64,000 bases of DNA from Candidatus Nanoarchaeia archaeon (GTDB lineage: Archaea; Nanobdellota; Nanobdellia; Tiddalikarchaeales; Tiddalikarchaeaceae). Both the position numbers and the translations under genes were made by a program. Below are positions 19,643 to 28,529 of the stretch, piece after piece. The notes under the pieces are model-generated. The model saw only the letters and a program-made list of their open reading frames with translations. It was not told the DNA's origin and made no database searches. Location of the stretch: the NCBI GenBank assembly GCA_041653395.1, contig JBAZFK010000001.1, positions 66,728 through 130,727 of the forward strand, given 5' to 3'. Position 1 is the first letter of the stretch; every line of letters begins with the position of its first letter.

Positions 19643-21052
19643 ATGCCTTTAATGATTCATAATTCTTTAAGCAAAAAAATTGAAGAATTCAAGCCCTTAA
19701 AAGGGAAAAAAGTGGGATTTTATGTTTGCGGACCAACAGTTAATAATTATGCGCATATCGGGCATGCAAGGACTTACATTACTTGGGATTTGGTTTCAAG
19801 ATATTTATCCTTTTTAGGCTATGAAGTAAAGCTTGTTTCAAACATTACAGACATAGCAATTGATGACAAAATATTAAAAGAGCTAAAAAAAACCAAAAAA
19901 AGCTTCTTTGAGTTAACAACTCATAATATGATAGCTTACTATGAAGACAGAAAAAAAATAGGGCTAAAAGAGCCTGATGTGAACTGCCTAGCAACTCAGC
20001 ATGTTATTGAAATGATAGATTTAATTCAAAAATTGTTAGACAAAGGCTATGCTTACAAAGCAGAGGATGGAATATATTTTAACATAAAAAAATTCAAAGA
20101 CTACGGAAAACTGTCAGGAATAAAGCCAAAGGAATTAAAGGACGGGGCAAGCAACCGCGTCAAAGCTGAGGAATATGACAAGGATTGCGCAGCTGATTTC
20201 GTGCTTTGGAAAAACAAGAAAGGTGACGAGCCTTACTGGTACAGCCCCTTTGGCATAGGAAGGCCAGGATGGCATATAGAATGCTCAGCAATGAGCATGA
20301 AATATTTGGGAGAAACTTTTGACATTCATAGTGGAGGGGAAGATAACATGTTTCCCCATCATGAAAATGAGATAGCCCAAAGTGAAGCAGCAACAGGAAA
20401 GCTTTTTGCAAAATATTGGCTTCATTCAAAACATGTTTTGATAAATGGTGAAAAGATGAGCAAAAGCAAAGGAAATTTCATAACAATAAGGGATGCTGTT
20501 TTAAAATATGGGGCTTTAAATTTAAGATTTTTTTTCTTAAATACTCACTATAGAAAAACCATAGACTTCAATGAAAAAGAGCTTAAAAACACTAATTTGA
20601 AGCTTGAAAAACTCATTTCTGCATATGAATTTTTAAAAGCAGCAAAAGGCAGCAATGATTCAAAAGAATTAATCAAAAAATTGGCAGAATTTAAATCAAG
20701 CTTTGAAGCAGCATTGAATGATGACTTCAATACTTCGCTTGCAATAACTCATTGGATGGCATTAGGCAAAGAACTACAATCAATTAAGGAGTTGTCAAAG
20801 AATTCAGCAAGAATAATATTAGATTATTTTGACAGGATTTCAAAAGTGTTCTTTGGAGACCTAGAGATTACAAAAGAGGAGAAAATAAATGACAAGCTCT
20901 CTGTTTCATTAATAGAGTCATTAATTTCTTTAAGGAATAATGCAAGGGCTGAAAAAAATTTTAAGCTAAGCGATGATATAAGGCAAGAGCTTGAAAAGAA
21001 CGAAATAATCATAAAGGACTCAAAAGATTCAACAGCCTGGGAGTTCAAATAA
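19643..21052 (+). CDS. cysS: Cysteinyl-tRNA synthetase.
   Basis: It has HIGH ([10 protein letters not shown]), KMSKS (KMSKSKGN), and the zinc-site [10 protein letters not shown]. Confidence 0.85.
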   Translation: MPLMIHNSLSKKIEEFKPLKGKKVGFYVCGPTVNNYAHIGHARTYITWDLVSRYLSFLGYEVKLVSNITDIAIDDKILKELKKTKKSFFELTTHNMIAYYEDRKKIGLKEPDVNCLATQHVIEMIDLIQKLLDKGYAYKAEDGIYFNIKKFKDYGKLSGIKPKELKDGASNRVKAEEYDKDCAADFVLWKNKKGDEPYWYSPFGIGRPGWHIECSAMSMKYLGETFDIHSGGEDNMFPHHENEIAQSEAATGKLFAKYWLHSKHVLINGEKMSKSKGNFITIRDAVLKYGALNLRFFFLNTHYRKTIDFNEKELKNTNLKLEKLISAYEFLKAAKGSNDSKELIKKLAEFKSSFEAALNDDFNTSLAITHWMALGKELQSIKELSKNSARIILDYFDRISKVFFGDLEITKEEKINDKLSVSLIESLISLRNNARAEKNFKLSDDIRQELEKNEIIIKDSKDSTAWEFK

Positions 21053-21085
21053 TTATTAATCTCCGCAAGTATTATATTAACCTGA

Positions 21086-21652
21086 TTGCTATTTAATCCA
21101 ATGGTTAATGCTTTAAACTTAATAAAAAAATATTACAACAAGGATTCTGTTAGCTATAAAATCCTAATTAAACATGGAAAGCAAGTAACCCTAAAAGCCT
21201 TGGAAATTGCCAAAAAAGTTCCAGAATTGCAACCTGATATTGAATTCATCAAAGAGGGTTGTATGCTTCATGACATAGGGATATTCAGGATTAATGCGCC
21301 TGAAATAGGATGCTTTGGCAATGAGCCTTATATTAAGCATGGAGTGCTTGGCAAAGAGTTGCTAGAAAAGGAAGGATTGCACAAACTTGCCTTAGTCTGC
21401 GAAAGGCATACAGGTGTTGGCATAACAAAAGAGGAAATCATTAAAAATAAGCTTCCCCTGCCAAAAAGGGATTTAGTGCCCTTGTCAATTGAAGAAAAAA
21501 TAATCTCTTTTGCTGACTTGTTTTTTTCAAAAAATCCAAAATCAATAAGCCATGAATTCACTTTGCATGAAATAATAGAAAGGCAAAAAAAGCACGGCAA
21601 AGAAAAAATAGCTAAATTAAAAGAATGGATTAAGAAATTCAAATATGACTAA
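21086..21652 (+). CDS. HD-domain phosphohydrolase.
   Basis: MLHDIG and CERHTG follow an H..HD..D pattern. Confidence 0.5.
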   Translation: MLFNPMVNALNLIKKYYNKDSVSYKILIKHGKQVTLKALEIAKKVPELQPDIEFIKEGCMLHDIGIFRINAPEIGCFGNEPYIKHGVLGKELLEKEGLHKLALVCERHTGVGITKEEIIKNKLPLPKRDLVPLSIEEKIISFADLFFSKNPKSISHEFTLHEIIERQKKHGKEKIAKLKEWIKKFKYD

Positions 21653-21687
21653 TTAGTTTTATAAAAACTAGTCAGTTAAAAAATATA

Positions 21688-22344
21688 ATGAACAACTTAT
21701 ATGTCTTTGATTTTCATGGAGTATTAGAGAAAGGCACAGAAAAAGCAGTGGCAATAGTCTCTAATTTAGCGCTTAAAAGATTAGGATATGATTTTACACT
21801 AAGCCATGAAGAAATAATGAAACATTATGGACATAAATGGCATGATATTTTTCTGAAAACAATTCCACAATTATCCTCTGCAGAGGCTTATTCCCTTTAT
21901 GAGGAATGCCTGAAAGTTGACGAGCTGTTTCCTTCAATAATTCTTGAAAACACTAAGCAAAATGACAATGCAAAAAAAGCCATTGAAAAAATAATGCACA
22001 ACAATGATCAGTTCATTCTAATATCAAACACCAACCCTAACGCGCTTAAAACCTTCATAAAAGCAGCAGGTTTGTCTGAATTTTTCAGCGAAAGCAATTC
22101 TTTCGCAGTCAACCAGCATGACAAGGGTGCGAGCCTTACAAAAGAAAATGTTCTAAGAGCATATCTCAATGGAAAATCTTACGAAAAAATAATAATAATA
22201 GGGGATTCCCCAGGAGATATTGAGCTAAAAAAAGTAAACCCGAATAATTCAGTGACTTTCTTATACACTCATCCAGGCTTAAACTTCAGGGATTGCGAAG
22301 CAGACCATAAAATCAGGGACTTGATGGAAATTTTTTTAAACTAA
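21688..22344 (+). CDS. HAD-superfamily hydrolase.
   Basis: The N-terminal VFDFHGVL is an atypical DxD-like motif I. IIIGDSPGDIE is motif IV. Confidence 0.4.
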   Translation: MNNLYVFDFHGVLEKGTEKAVAIVSNLALKRLGYDFTLSHEEIMKHYGHKWHDIFLKTIPQLSSAEAYSLYEECLKVDELFPSIILENTKQNDNAKKAIEKIMHNNDQFILISNTNPNALKTFIKAAGLSEFFSESNSFAVNQHDKGASLTKENVLRAYLNGKSYEKIIIIGDSPGDIELKKVNPNNSVTFLYTHPGLNFRDCEADHKIRDLMEIFLN

Positions 22345-22365
22345 AAATTTTGGATTACAAGCCAT

Positions 22366-22734
22366 ATGATTAAGACAAAAAATATTTACCTAAGCCATTG
22401 CTACAAAAGCAGGTATAACCTAATTTTGATAGATGAATGCGTTTGCCCAGAATTAAAAGACTATCTCTTATGCAACATCTCAAAATATTTCAAAAAAAAA
22501 TTCACATTATTAAGTGTTAATCATGAGCCTAAAATGAAAGGCATGAATGACAGGGATTTGTCAGATTTATGCTATGATTACAATGGGGTTTTAATAACTG
22601 CTGACAAAGATTTTTTTAACACCTACTTAGGCTACAAAATACTTTATTATGAAGGCCTGAACTGGAATAAGATTATTCAAAAATCAGCGAAATTCCTGAA
22701 AATTAACTCCTTAAATATGAAACAAAAAGCTTAA
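22366..22734 (+). CDS. PIN-like (DUF5615/Mut7-C-like) small nuclease-fold protein.
   Basis: LILIDECV and GVLITADKDF resemble the LaDEN ... lvTkDkDF pattern. Confidence 0.3.
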   Translation: MIKTKNIYLSHCYKSRYNLILIDECVCPELKDYLLCNISKYFKKKFTLLSVNHEPKMKGMNDRDLSDLCYDYNGVLITADKDFFNTYLGYKILYYEGLNWNKIIQKSAKFLKINSLNMKQKA

Positions 22735-22765
22735 TAAAAAGAACTTTTTTAAACTTAATCTTGAA

Positions 22766-23458
22766 ATGAAAGATTGTGTTTATTTTGATTCCCATGTGCA
22801 CATAAGCAATGATAAGGCTTATGATTATTTTATTGATGCTTCCAGATTGGATGAAATTTTAAAAGATAAATTCCTTGATGGTTGCTTGGCAGTAATTCAT
22901 TCAACAGATGAAAATTACGAGAAAGACTGTTCAAAAATCAAGAAATACTGCAAGAAATATTCAAACATTATTCCCTGCGTTGAACTAGCCCAAAAATTTA
23001 TTTTCAATAACTCTGAAATTAAGTGCCATGTAATGTATTTGGCGGATATGCCTATTTATGATGATATCAGCTATGGCTCATGGTTCTGTCATGTTAAAAA
23101 AAAAGGAGGGCTTTTTTTTTCATACGACTTTCGCAACAATTATGTATCTGAGGCCTTAATATGCAATCCAAAAAATGGCAATAAATCAAAAGTGAACATT
23201 GTGGAATCAACCACTGATTGCGAAGAGGCTATTTTTTTGAAATCCCTAAACCTAACAGTGCTTTTAGGCACTGACATTCACCCAAACAAAAACAAAAAAT
23301 ATGCTTCCTATTTAGGTTCAAGAGGCACAATAATAAAATCAGATAAATTTAATTATAACACATTTATGCAAGCTTTGCAGGAGAATTCTTTCGGCTATTT
23401 TTCAAAAACAGTAAAAGCTAATGAACTAATTACATGCAGTTCCAAATTAAAAAAATAA
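22766..23458 (+). CDS. Metal-dependent hydrolase (PHP/TatD-like).
   Basis: It has the N-terminal FDSHVHIS and a later GTDIHP motif. Confidence 0.3.
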   Translation: MKDCVYFDSHVHISNDKAYDYFIDASRLDEILKDKFLDGCLAVIHSTDENYEKDCSKIKKYCKKYSNIIPCVELAQKFIFNNSEIKCHVMYLADMPIYDDISYGSWFCHVKKKGGLFFSYDFRNNYVSEALICNPKNGNKSKVNIVESTTDCEEAIFLKSLNLTVLLGTDIHPNKNKKYASYLGSRGTIIKSDKFNYNTFMQALQENSFGYFSKTVKANELITCSSKLKK

Positions 23459-23965
23459 TCATTTTATTAATAACTTGATTATCTCTTTTGCGAACTCTTT
23501 TGAAGCTGCCGGCCCATTTGCTGTAATGACTTTTCCGTCAACAACGCAGCTTTGGCTGATGTATTCTGCGCCTTGAATAGTAAGATTATTTGCCATTGAT
23601 TCTGATACAGTGGCTTTTTTGCCTTTAAGTATTCCTGAATTAGCAAGTATTACTGGAGCAATGCAGATAGCTGCAACAACTTTGCCTTGAGCGTAAAATT
23701 GTTTTGCAAGACTAAGCATAATAGGGTCATTGAAATACTTACTCATGCCTGTTCCTCCTACAAAAATTATTGAATCATAATTCTTTGCAACTGCATCGCT
23801 GACCAACATGTCAGGCATTATGGTCTTTTTAAGCATTCCAGTGCATTCAGCCATTTTGCTTGAGGCAACAATAGTTTTTATCTTATAATTTTCAAGCTCA
23901 GATTTTGTTACAAATAATTCCTCATCCCTGAAATCTTTATCGGCAATTATTAGCAACGCATTCAT
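23459..23965 (-). CDS. DJ-1/PfpI-family protein.
   Basis: The nucleophile elbow AAICIAPVILANSGILKGKKATV is present. The length is 168 aa. Confidence 0.65.
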   Translation of the reverse strand: MNALLIIADKDFRDEELFVTKSELENYKIKTIVASSKMAECTGMLKKTIMPDMLVSDAVAKNYDSIIFVGGTGMSKYFNDPIMLSLAKQFYAQGKVVAAICIAPVILANSGILKGKKATVSESMANNLTIQGAEYISQSCVVDGKVITANGPAASKEFAKEIIKLLIK

Positions 23966-24142
23966 AGTATAAGCAATTGAGTATTTTATTAAAAATTTTT
24001 TGAGTCATTGCTTTTTTTTGCCATATTGCTTTTAAACATTTGTTTATGTTTTCTTTAAAAAAAAAAGTTTTTAAATGCTTGTATTCAATATTAGTATAAC
24101 ATTTTGTTAAATGTTTAAAACTCGTGAGGAGGAAGTGTGGCA

Positions 24143-24229
24143 ATGGCACCTGTAAAAAAAGGAGCAAAGAAACCTGCTGCTAAAAAAGTAGCTAAGAAAT
24201 CAAAAGCACCAGCTAAGAAAAAAAAATAA
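24143..24229 (+). CDS. Micro-ORF encoding a 28-aa lysine-rich peptide, MAPVKKGAKKPAAKKVAKKSKAPAKKKK. An in-frame GTG at 24137 is also possible.
   Basis: I read this by hand. A GGAGGA SD lies upstream. The composition is H1/HC1-like and basic. Confidence 0.35.
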   Translation: MAPVKKGAKKPAAKKVAKKSKAPAKKKK

Positions 24230-24249
24230 TTAAAAAAGAGGTTTGAATA

Positions 24250-24390
24250 ATGAACAACTACAATTTTAAAGCAAATGACGATGACGAAGACTTCGATGAT
24301 GACGAAGACTTAGATGATGAAGACTCTGATGATGAAGATTTTGATGATGAAGACTCATCAGAAGATGAAGATTCGAGTGAGGATTATTAA
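24250..24390 (+). CDS. Micro-ORF encoding a 46-aa hyper-acidic peptide, MNNYNFKANDDDEDFDDDEDLDDEDSDDEDFDDEDSSEDEDSSEDY.
   Basis: I read this by hand. A GAGGT SD lies 7 nt upstream. It starts 21 nt after the basic micro-ORF. Confidence 0.35.
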   Translation: MNNYNFKANDDDEDFDDDEDLDDEDSDDEDFDDEDSSEDEDSSEDY

Positions 24391-24461
24391 CAGTCGTCAT
24401 TAACTTTTAATTACTTTTATTTTTTTATTTAATTTTTTAAAAAAACTTCAGGTAATACGTT

Positions 24462-24626
24462 ATGAAATGTGACATATGCAAAAAAGCAATGAAGGGATTG
24501 ACAAAATGCGTTGAATGCGGTTCAATGTTTTGCGTTAATTGCGGAGAACAAAAAAGGGAAAGATGCAGTATTTGCATGCAGTTTGAAGACGATTTTGACA
24601 ACCAAGACAGCTCTTCAGATGATTAA
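24462..24626 (+). CDS. 54-aa zinc-ribbon protein (four CxxC pairs) with an acidic tail.
   Basis: I read this by hand: MKCDICKKAMKGLTKCVECGSMFCVNCGEQKRERCSICMQFEDDFDNQDSSSDD. It shares the KC.ECG..FC.NCG core with the ORF at 58718. Confidence 0.4.
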   Translation: MKCDICKKAMKGLTKCVECGSMFCVNCGEQKRERCSICMQFEDDFDNQDSSSDD

Positions 24627-24677
24627 GCTAATTCTTTTATATTAATTTTTTTAAATAATCAGGGAATACCATAATCC

Positions 24678-25754
24678 ATGTTTTCAGTTAATAAATGCGG
24701 CTCATATGAATATTCTGAAGTAAAAAAATCATTGGATCTTTGCCTGAATGAATTAGGCGGGCTCAATAAATTTATCAAAAAAGATGACACTGTGCTAATA
24801 AAGCCGAATCTTTTGATGCCTGCTGACCCTTCGCTTGCAATAACAACTCACCCGATAATAATAAAAATCTTGCTGAACAAGCTTAAAAGAATAGGGTGCA
24901 AAGTGATAATCGCGGATTCCTCTTCAGGTTATTATACTCCTGAATGCATGATGAAGGTGTACAAAGAATGCGGGTACTCGGACTTTAAAGAAATAAACAC
25001 GGATTTTTCAAGCAAAGAATATTCTAATGCTAAAGGCTTCATAAAAAAATATGACTTAATTTCATCTTTTTTCAAAGCTGATAAGATTATCAATGTCTGC
25101 AAGGTAAAAACCCACATGCTTACAACCATGACCTGTGCCACAAAGAACTTGTTCGGATTAATTGCAGGGAAAAACAAGACATATTTTCATTCAAGATTTA
25201 AGACAGTTGATGATTTTTCAAAAATGCTTGTGGACTTGGCATTAATTGCAAATCCCTGTATTAATATTGCTGAGGGAGTAATGGGTATGGAAGGAGAGGG
25301 CCCAAGCAGGGGAAAACTAAAAAAACTAGGATTAATTGCAGTAAGCACGAATTGCTTTGAAATGGACTATAATATCTCAAAAATAATCAGCATTGACTAC
25401 AAAAAAATTCCATATTTAAACATTGCAAAAAATAAAGGGCTATTTAAGGAAAACAATAACTGCTATTTAGACTATAAAACTCCTTTCAAGATGCCTAATT
25501 CAGAGCTACTATCAAGGCTTTTTAAGCTAATACCTTCAAGATTAAGGAGCATTTACACTGATTTTTTTGTAAAAAAACCCTTCATTAAAGATAACTGCAT
25601 AGGCTGTGGCTTATGCGTGAAATCATGCCCTGTAAAAGCCATCTCATTGAAAAAAGGGAAAGCCCATATTGATTATTCTAAATGCATTAGGTGCTATTGC
25701 TGCCATGAAATATGCAGGCATGATTCAATAGAACTCAGAAAGGGAAGGTTATGA
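24678..25754 (+). CDS. DUF362-domain protein with a C-terminal 2x[4Fe-4S] ferredoxin domain.
   Basis: It has the DUF362-type VLIKPN, and CIGCGLCVKSCP plus CIRCYCCHEICR clusters. Confidence 0.6.
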   Translation: MFSVNKCGSYEYSEVKKSLDLCLNELGGLNKFIKKDDTVLIKPNLLMPADPSLAITTHPIIIKILLNKLKRIGCKVIIADSSSGYYTPECMMKVYKECGYSDFKEINTDFSSKEYSNAKGFIKKYDLISSFFKADKIINVCKVKTHMLTTMTCATKNLFGLIAGKNKTYFHSRFKTVDDFSKMLVDLALIANPCINIAEGVMGMEGEGPSRGKLKKLGLIAVSTNCFEMDYNISKIISIDYKKIPYLNIAKNKGLFKENNNCYLDYKTPFKMPNSELLSRLFKLIPSRLRSIYTDFFVKKPFIKDNCIGCGLCVKSCPVKAISLKKGKAHIDYSKCIRCYCCHEICRHDSIELRKGRL

Positions 25755-25790
25755 ACAACTTTTTAAAACAATGATTTTTTAATTTATACT

Positions 25791-26204
25791 ATGGTTGAAG
25801 AAAAAAAGCTTGAAAATAATGAAGAAAAGCTTGAAGTTGAAGAAGATTTAGATGAAGAAGAAGAGTCAAAAATGGCTTTTGCAAATGCAGAAATAGTAAG
25901 ATTAATCAAGAAGAATTTGCCTGAAGGAAGAATGATAAAGAAAAGGGTGAAGGTTGGAATGAACAAATTTTTGGAAGAGATGGCAACAGAAGTTGTCAAA
26001 AAGCTTGCAAATGAGCCGTATTCTTACATAGAAATAGACATGCTTGAAAGAGCAATTGAGCCCTATAAAAACATTAAAAGCTTGGAAGTTGAAAAGAACA
26101 GAATCATTGCGAATCTTAACAAAATCAAGGCTGATTGCGATGTAATGGTTGATGATATCAACAGAAAATTCTCAATGTTCGAATCTGAAGAAAAAGAATA
26201 CTGA
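25791..26204 (+). CDS. Acidic-N-terminus protein with a possible histone-fold (NF-Y/NC2-like) core.
   Basis: FANAEIVRLIKKNLPEGRMIKKRVKVGMNKFLEEMATEVVKKLA fits the lPiAnv.RimK..LP...is.dA pattern. Confidence 0.3.
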   Translation: MVEEKKLENNEEKLEVEEDLDEEEESKMAFANAEIVRLIKKNLPEGRMIKKRVKVGMNKFLEEMATEVVKKLANEPYSYIEIDMLERAIEPYKNIKSLEVEKNRIIANLNKIKADCDVMVDDINRKFSMFESEEKEY

Positions 26205-26629
26205 TTTTTTTAATTTATTTCATTAAATACTAATTACTTAATACTTCTTTTTTTAAATAACCAATTTTTTCTTTTTTATAGAGAAACTTTAGAAACCACC
26301 ATTCATCCTGAATTGTTTTTAGATTTTAAAACTCAAGTGCTAGAATACGGCGCAAAGTTCGCAAATGTCTGCTACAGCGAAAAAGAATTCAATGGGGATA
26401 TACAATGAAACAAAAGAAGAAGCAAGGTATACCCAAATGAGTGACATCTCTTCTAAAGAGAAAACATTATATGACAAATGGATGAATGTATTTGGCGCTA
26501 AAACCTGTCATATAAACCCAAAAAAATAAAAATATAGAAACATTTTTAAAGCAATGAGATTTTTTTTAATCATTATGTTGGGCTCATATTCTAGTTCTGT
26601 TTTTATAGATAAATTTAAAAAATGATTGA

Positions 26630-26650
26630 TTGTTAATTTAATTTATCCGC
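26630..26650 (+). promoter_or_regulatory. Candidate archaeal BRE/TATA element (TTAATTTAATTTAT) about 25 to 35 nt upstream of tRNA-Lys.
   Basis: I judged this by position and the AT-rich TATA-like sequence only. Confidence 0.25.
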
Positions 26651-26671
26651 AAAAAATTCCAGACTAGAGAC

Positions 26672-26745
26672 GGGCTCGTAGCTCAGCTTGGCAGAGCACT
26701 TGACTTTTAATCAAGGGGTCGTGGGTTCAAATCCCATCGGGCTCA
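26672..26745 (+). tRNA. tRNA-Lys, anticodon UUU.
   Basis: The hand fold gives a 7-bp acceptor stem GGGCTCG/CGGGCTC, D-arm GCTC..GAGC, anticodon stem CTTGA/TCAAG with loop CTTTTAA, and T-arm GTGGG TTCAAAT CCCAT. There is no encoded CCA. Confidence 0.85.
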
Positions 26746-26779
26746 AAAAAAAGATTTTTAAAAAAGAGGGGAAAAAATA

Positions 26780-27043
26780 GTGAGTGAAGAAAAAAAAGAG
26801 GCAAAAGAGGATTTTATCCTAACACATAATTACAATCCTAAATTCGAGCTTTTAAACGCTGACGAAATACCAAAATTGTTTGAAGAATTAAAAATTTCTT
26901 CAGGGTTAGAGCTTCCAAAAATAAATGTAAACGATCCGGTTTCCAAGCTTTTCAAGGCAAAAGCGAATGACATTTTTAAAATCACAAGAAAAAGTTACAC
27001 TGCAGGAGAGAGCGTTTTTTACAGGGTGGTAATTGATGAATAA
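26780..27043 (+). CDS. rpoH: DNA-directed RNA polymerase subunit H (Rpb5-like).
   Basis: It has LPKINVNDPV...ITRKSYTAGESVFYRVV. It sits immediately upstream of rpoB with an overlapping stop and start. Confidence 0.75.
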   Translation: MSEEKKEAKEDFILTHNYNPKFELLNADEIPKLFEELKISSGLELPKINVNDPVSKLFKAKANDIFKITRKSYTAGESVFYRVVIDE

Positions 27044-28526
27044 AGAAACCAGCAAACTATTGCTTGATTCATATTTTGAGCAAAGGGAATTAACAAACCA
27101 TAACTTGGAGAGCTTCAATGTTTTTGTGGAAAAAAGTCTTCAGAAAATAATTGATGAAAACAAATTCATAATCCCAGACATATTGCCTAATGATGTCACT
27201 GAATTAAAAATAAGAATGGGAAAGATATGGATTGAAAAGCCAAGCATAAAAGAGGCTGACGGCACAAAAAGAATGATTACTCCAACAGAGGCAAGGCTAA
27301 GAAATATCACTTATGAAGCTCCATTAATCCTTGAATTAACTGTTGTAAAAGATGATGTTGAAGAGGAATCAAAGCAGGTTTGCATTGGAAGCCTGCCTAT
27401 AATGGTAAAAAGCAAATACTGCTGCTTAACAGGATTAAGCGAGGAAGAATTAATTAAGATGGGTGAGGATCCATATGACCAGGGAGGATATTTTATAATA
27501 AACGGCACTGAAAGAATAATAATAGTTGTTGAAGATTTGGCTCCGAACAAGATTTTAGTTGAGAAATCAAGCGCAAAAAAAGGGTTCATCTCAAAAGTTT
27601 TCAGCGATGACGGGCAATACAAGATTTTGCACAATGTTTACAGGGAAAAGGATGGAATAATACTTACAAATTTCTCAAGAGTTAAGGAAGTTCCTGCTTT
27701 CGGATTGCTGAAAGCTTTAGGCTTTGAAGAAGACCAAGAAATAGTATCACTGCTTAATCTTCCTGAAGAATTCATGGGAGAAATCTATATTAACTTGTTA
27801 AAAATCAGTGACTTGAAAAACGCTAATGATGCATTTGATTTGGTTGGAAAAAAAATGGGAATAACTTATAACTCAAGCATTAGGGTTGAAAGGGCTGAAG
27901 AAATAATTGACAAAAGCTTATTCCCTCACATTGGTCATGACAAGAGCTCAAGAAAGCTCAAAGCTTATTATTTGGCAAGCATGATAAAAAAAGTGATACT
28001 TGTCTCGCATGGGCTAATCTCATCAGATGACAAGGATCATTACAAGAACAAGAGATTAAAATTATGCAAAGAAATGATGGAATCTCTTTTCAGGTCAAAT
28101 TTCAGGATGTTTATAGGAGACATGAAGTATAATTTTGAAAGACTGGTGAAAAAAGGAAAAATGCCATTAATCAACAGCATTACAAGAGGGAAGCTACTGA
28201 CAAGCATGATTAAAAGAAGCCTAGCAACAGGGCAATGGGTTGGAGGAAGGCAAGGAGTATCTCAGCACTTAGAGAGGAATAATTATTTTGGAACACTAGC
28301 CCACCTTAGAAGAGTGGCATCACTGCTTACAAGCCAAAGGGAAAACTTCAAGGCAAGGGATTTGCACCCAAGCCACTATGGAAGACTATGTGTCAGTGAG
28401 ACTCCAGACGGCCCAAACGTAGGGCTCAGAAAGAACTTGGCAATAATGGCTGAGATAAGCATTGAAAACAGCGAAGATGAAGCAGTGGTTAATAAACTAA
28501 CTGAATTAGGATTAAAGAGGTTTTAA
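27033..28526 (+). CDS. rpoB2: RNA polymerase subunit B'' (N-terminal half of the split B subunit).
   Basis: The length is 497 aa with conserved Rpb2 N-terminal regions, followed directly by B'. Confidence 0.9.
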   Translation: MMNKETSKLLLDSYFEQRELTNHNLESFNVFVEKSLQKIIDENKFIIPDILPNDVTELKIRMGKIWIEKPSIKEADGTKRMITPTEARLRNITYEAPLILELTVVKDDVEEESKQVCIGSLPIMVKSKYCCLTGLSEEELIKMGEDPYDQGGYFIINGTERIIIVVEDLAPNKILVEKSSAKKGFISKVFSDDGQYKILHNVYREKDGIILTNFSRVKEVPAFGLLKALGFEEDQEIVSLLNLPEEFMGEIYINLLKISDLKNANDAFDLVGKKMGITYNSSIRVERAEEIIDKSLFPHIGHDKSSRKLKAYYLASMIKKVILVSHGLISSDDKDHYKNKRLKLCKEMMESLFRSNFRMFIGDMKYNFERLVKKGKMPLINSITRGKLLTSMIKRSLATGQWVGGRQGVSQHLERNNYFGTLAHLRRVASLLTSQRENFKARDLHPSHYGRLCVSETPDGPNVGLRKNLAIMAEISIENSEDEAVVNKLTELGLKRF

Positions 28527-28529
28527 ATA

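Noticed and set aside
26283-26408. There is an open frame encoding ...HPELFLDFKTQVLEYGAKFANVCYSEKEFNGDIQ that looks protein-like.
   Set aside because: It has no start codon and no RBS, and a stop lies immediately upstream. It may be a gene remnant, but the evidence is insufficient.
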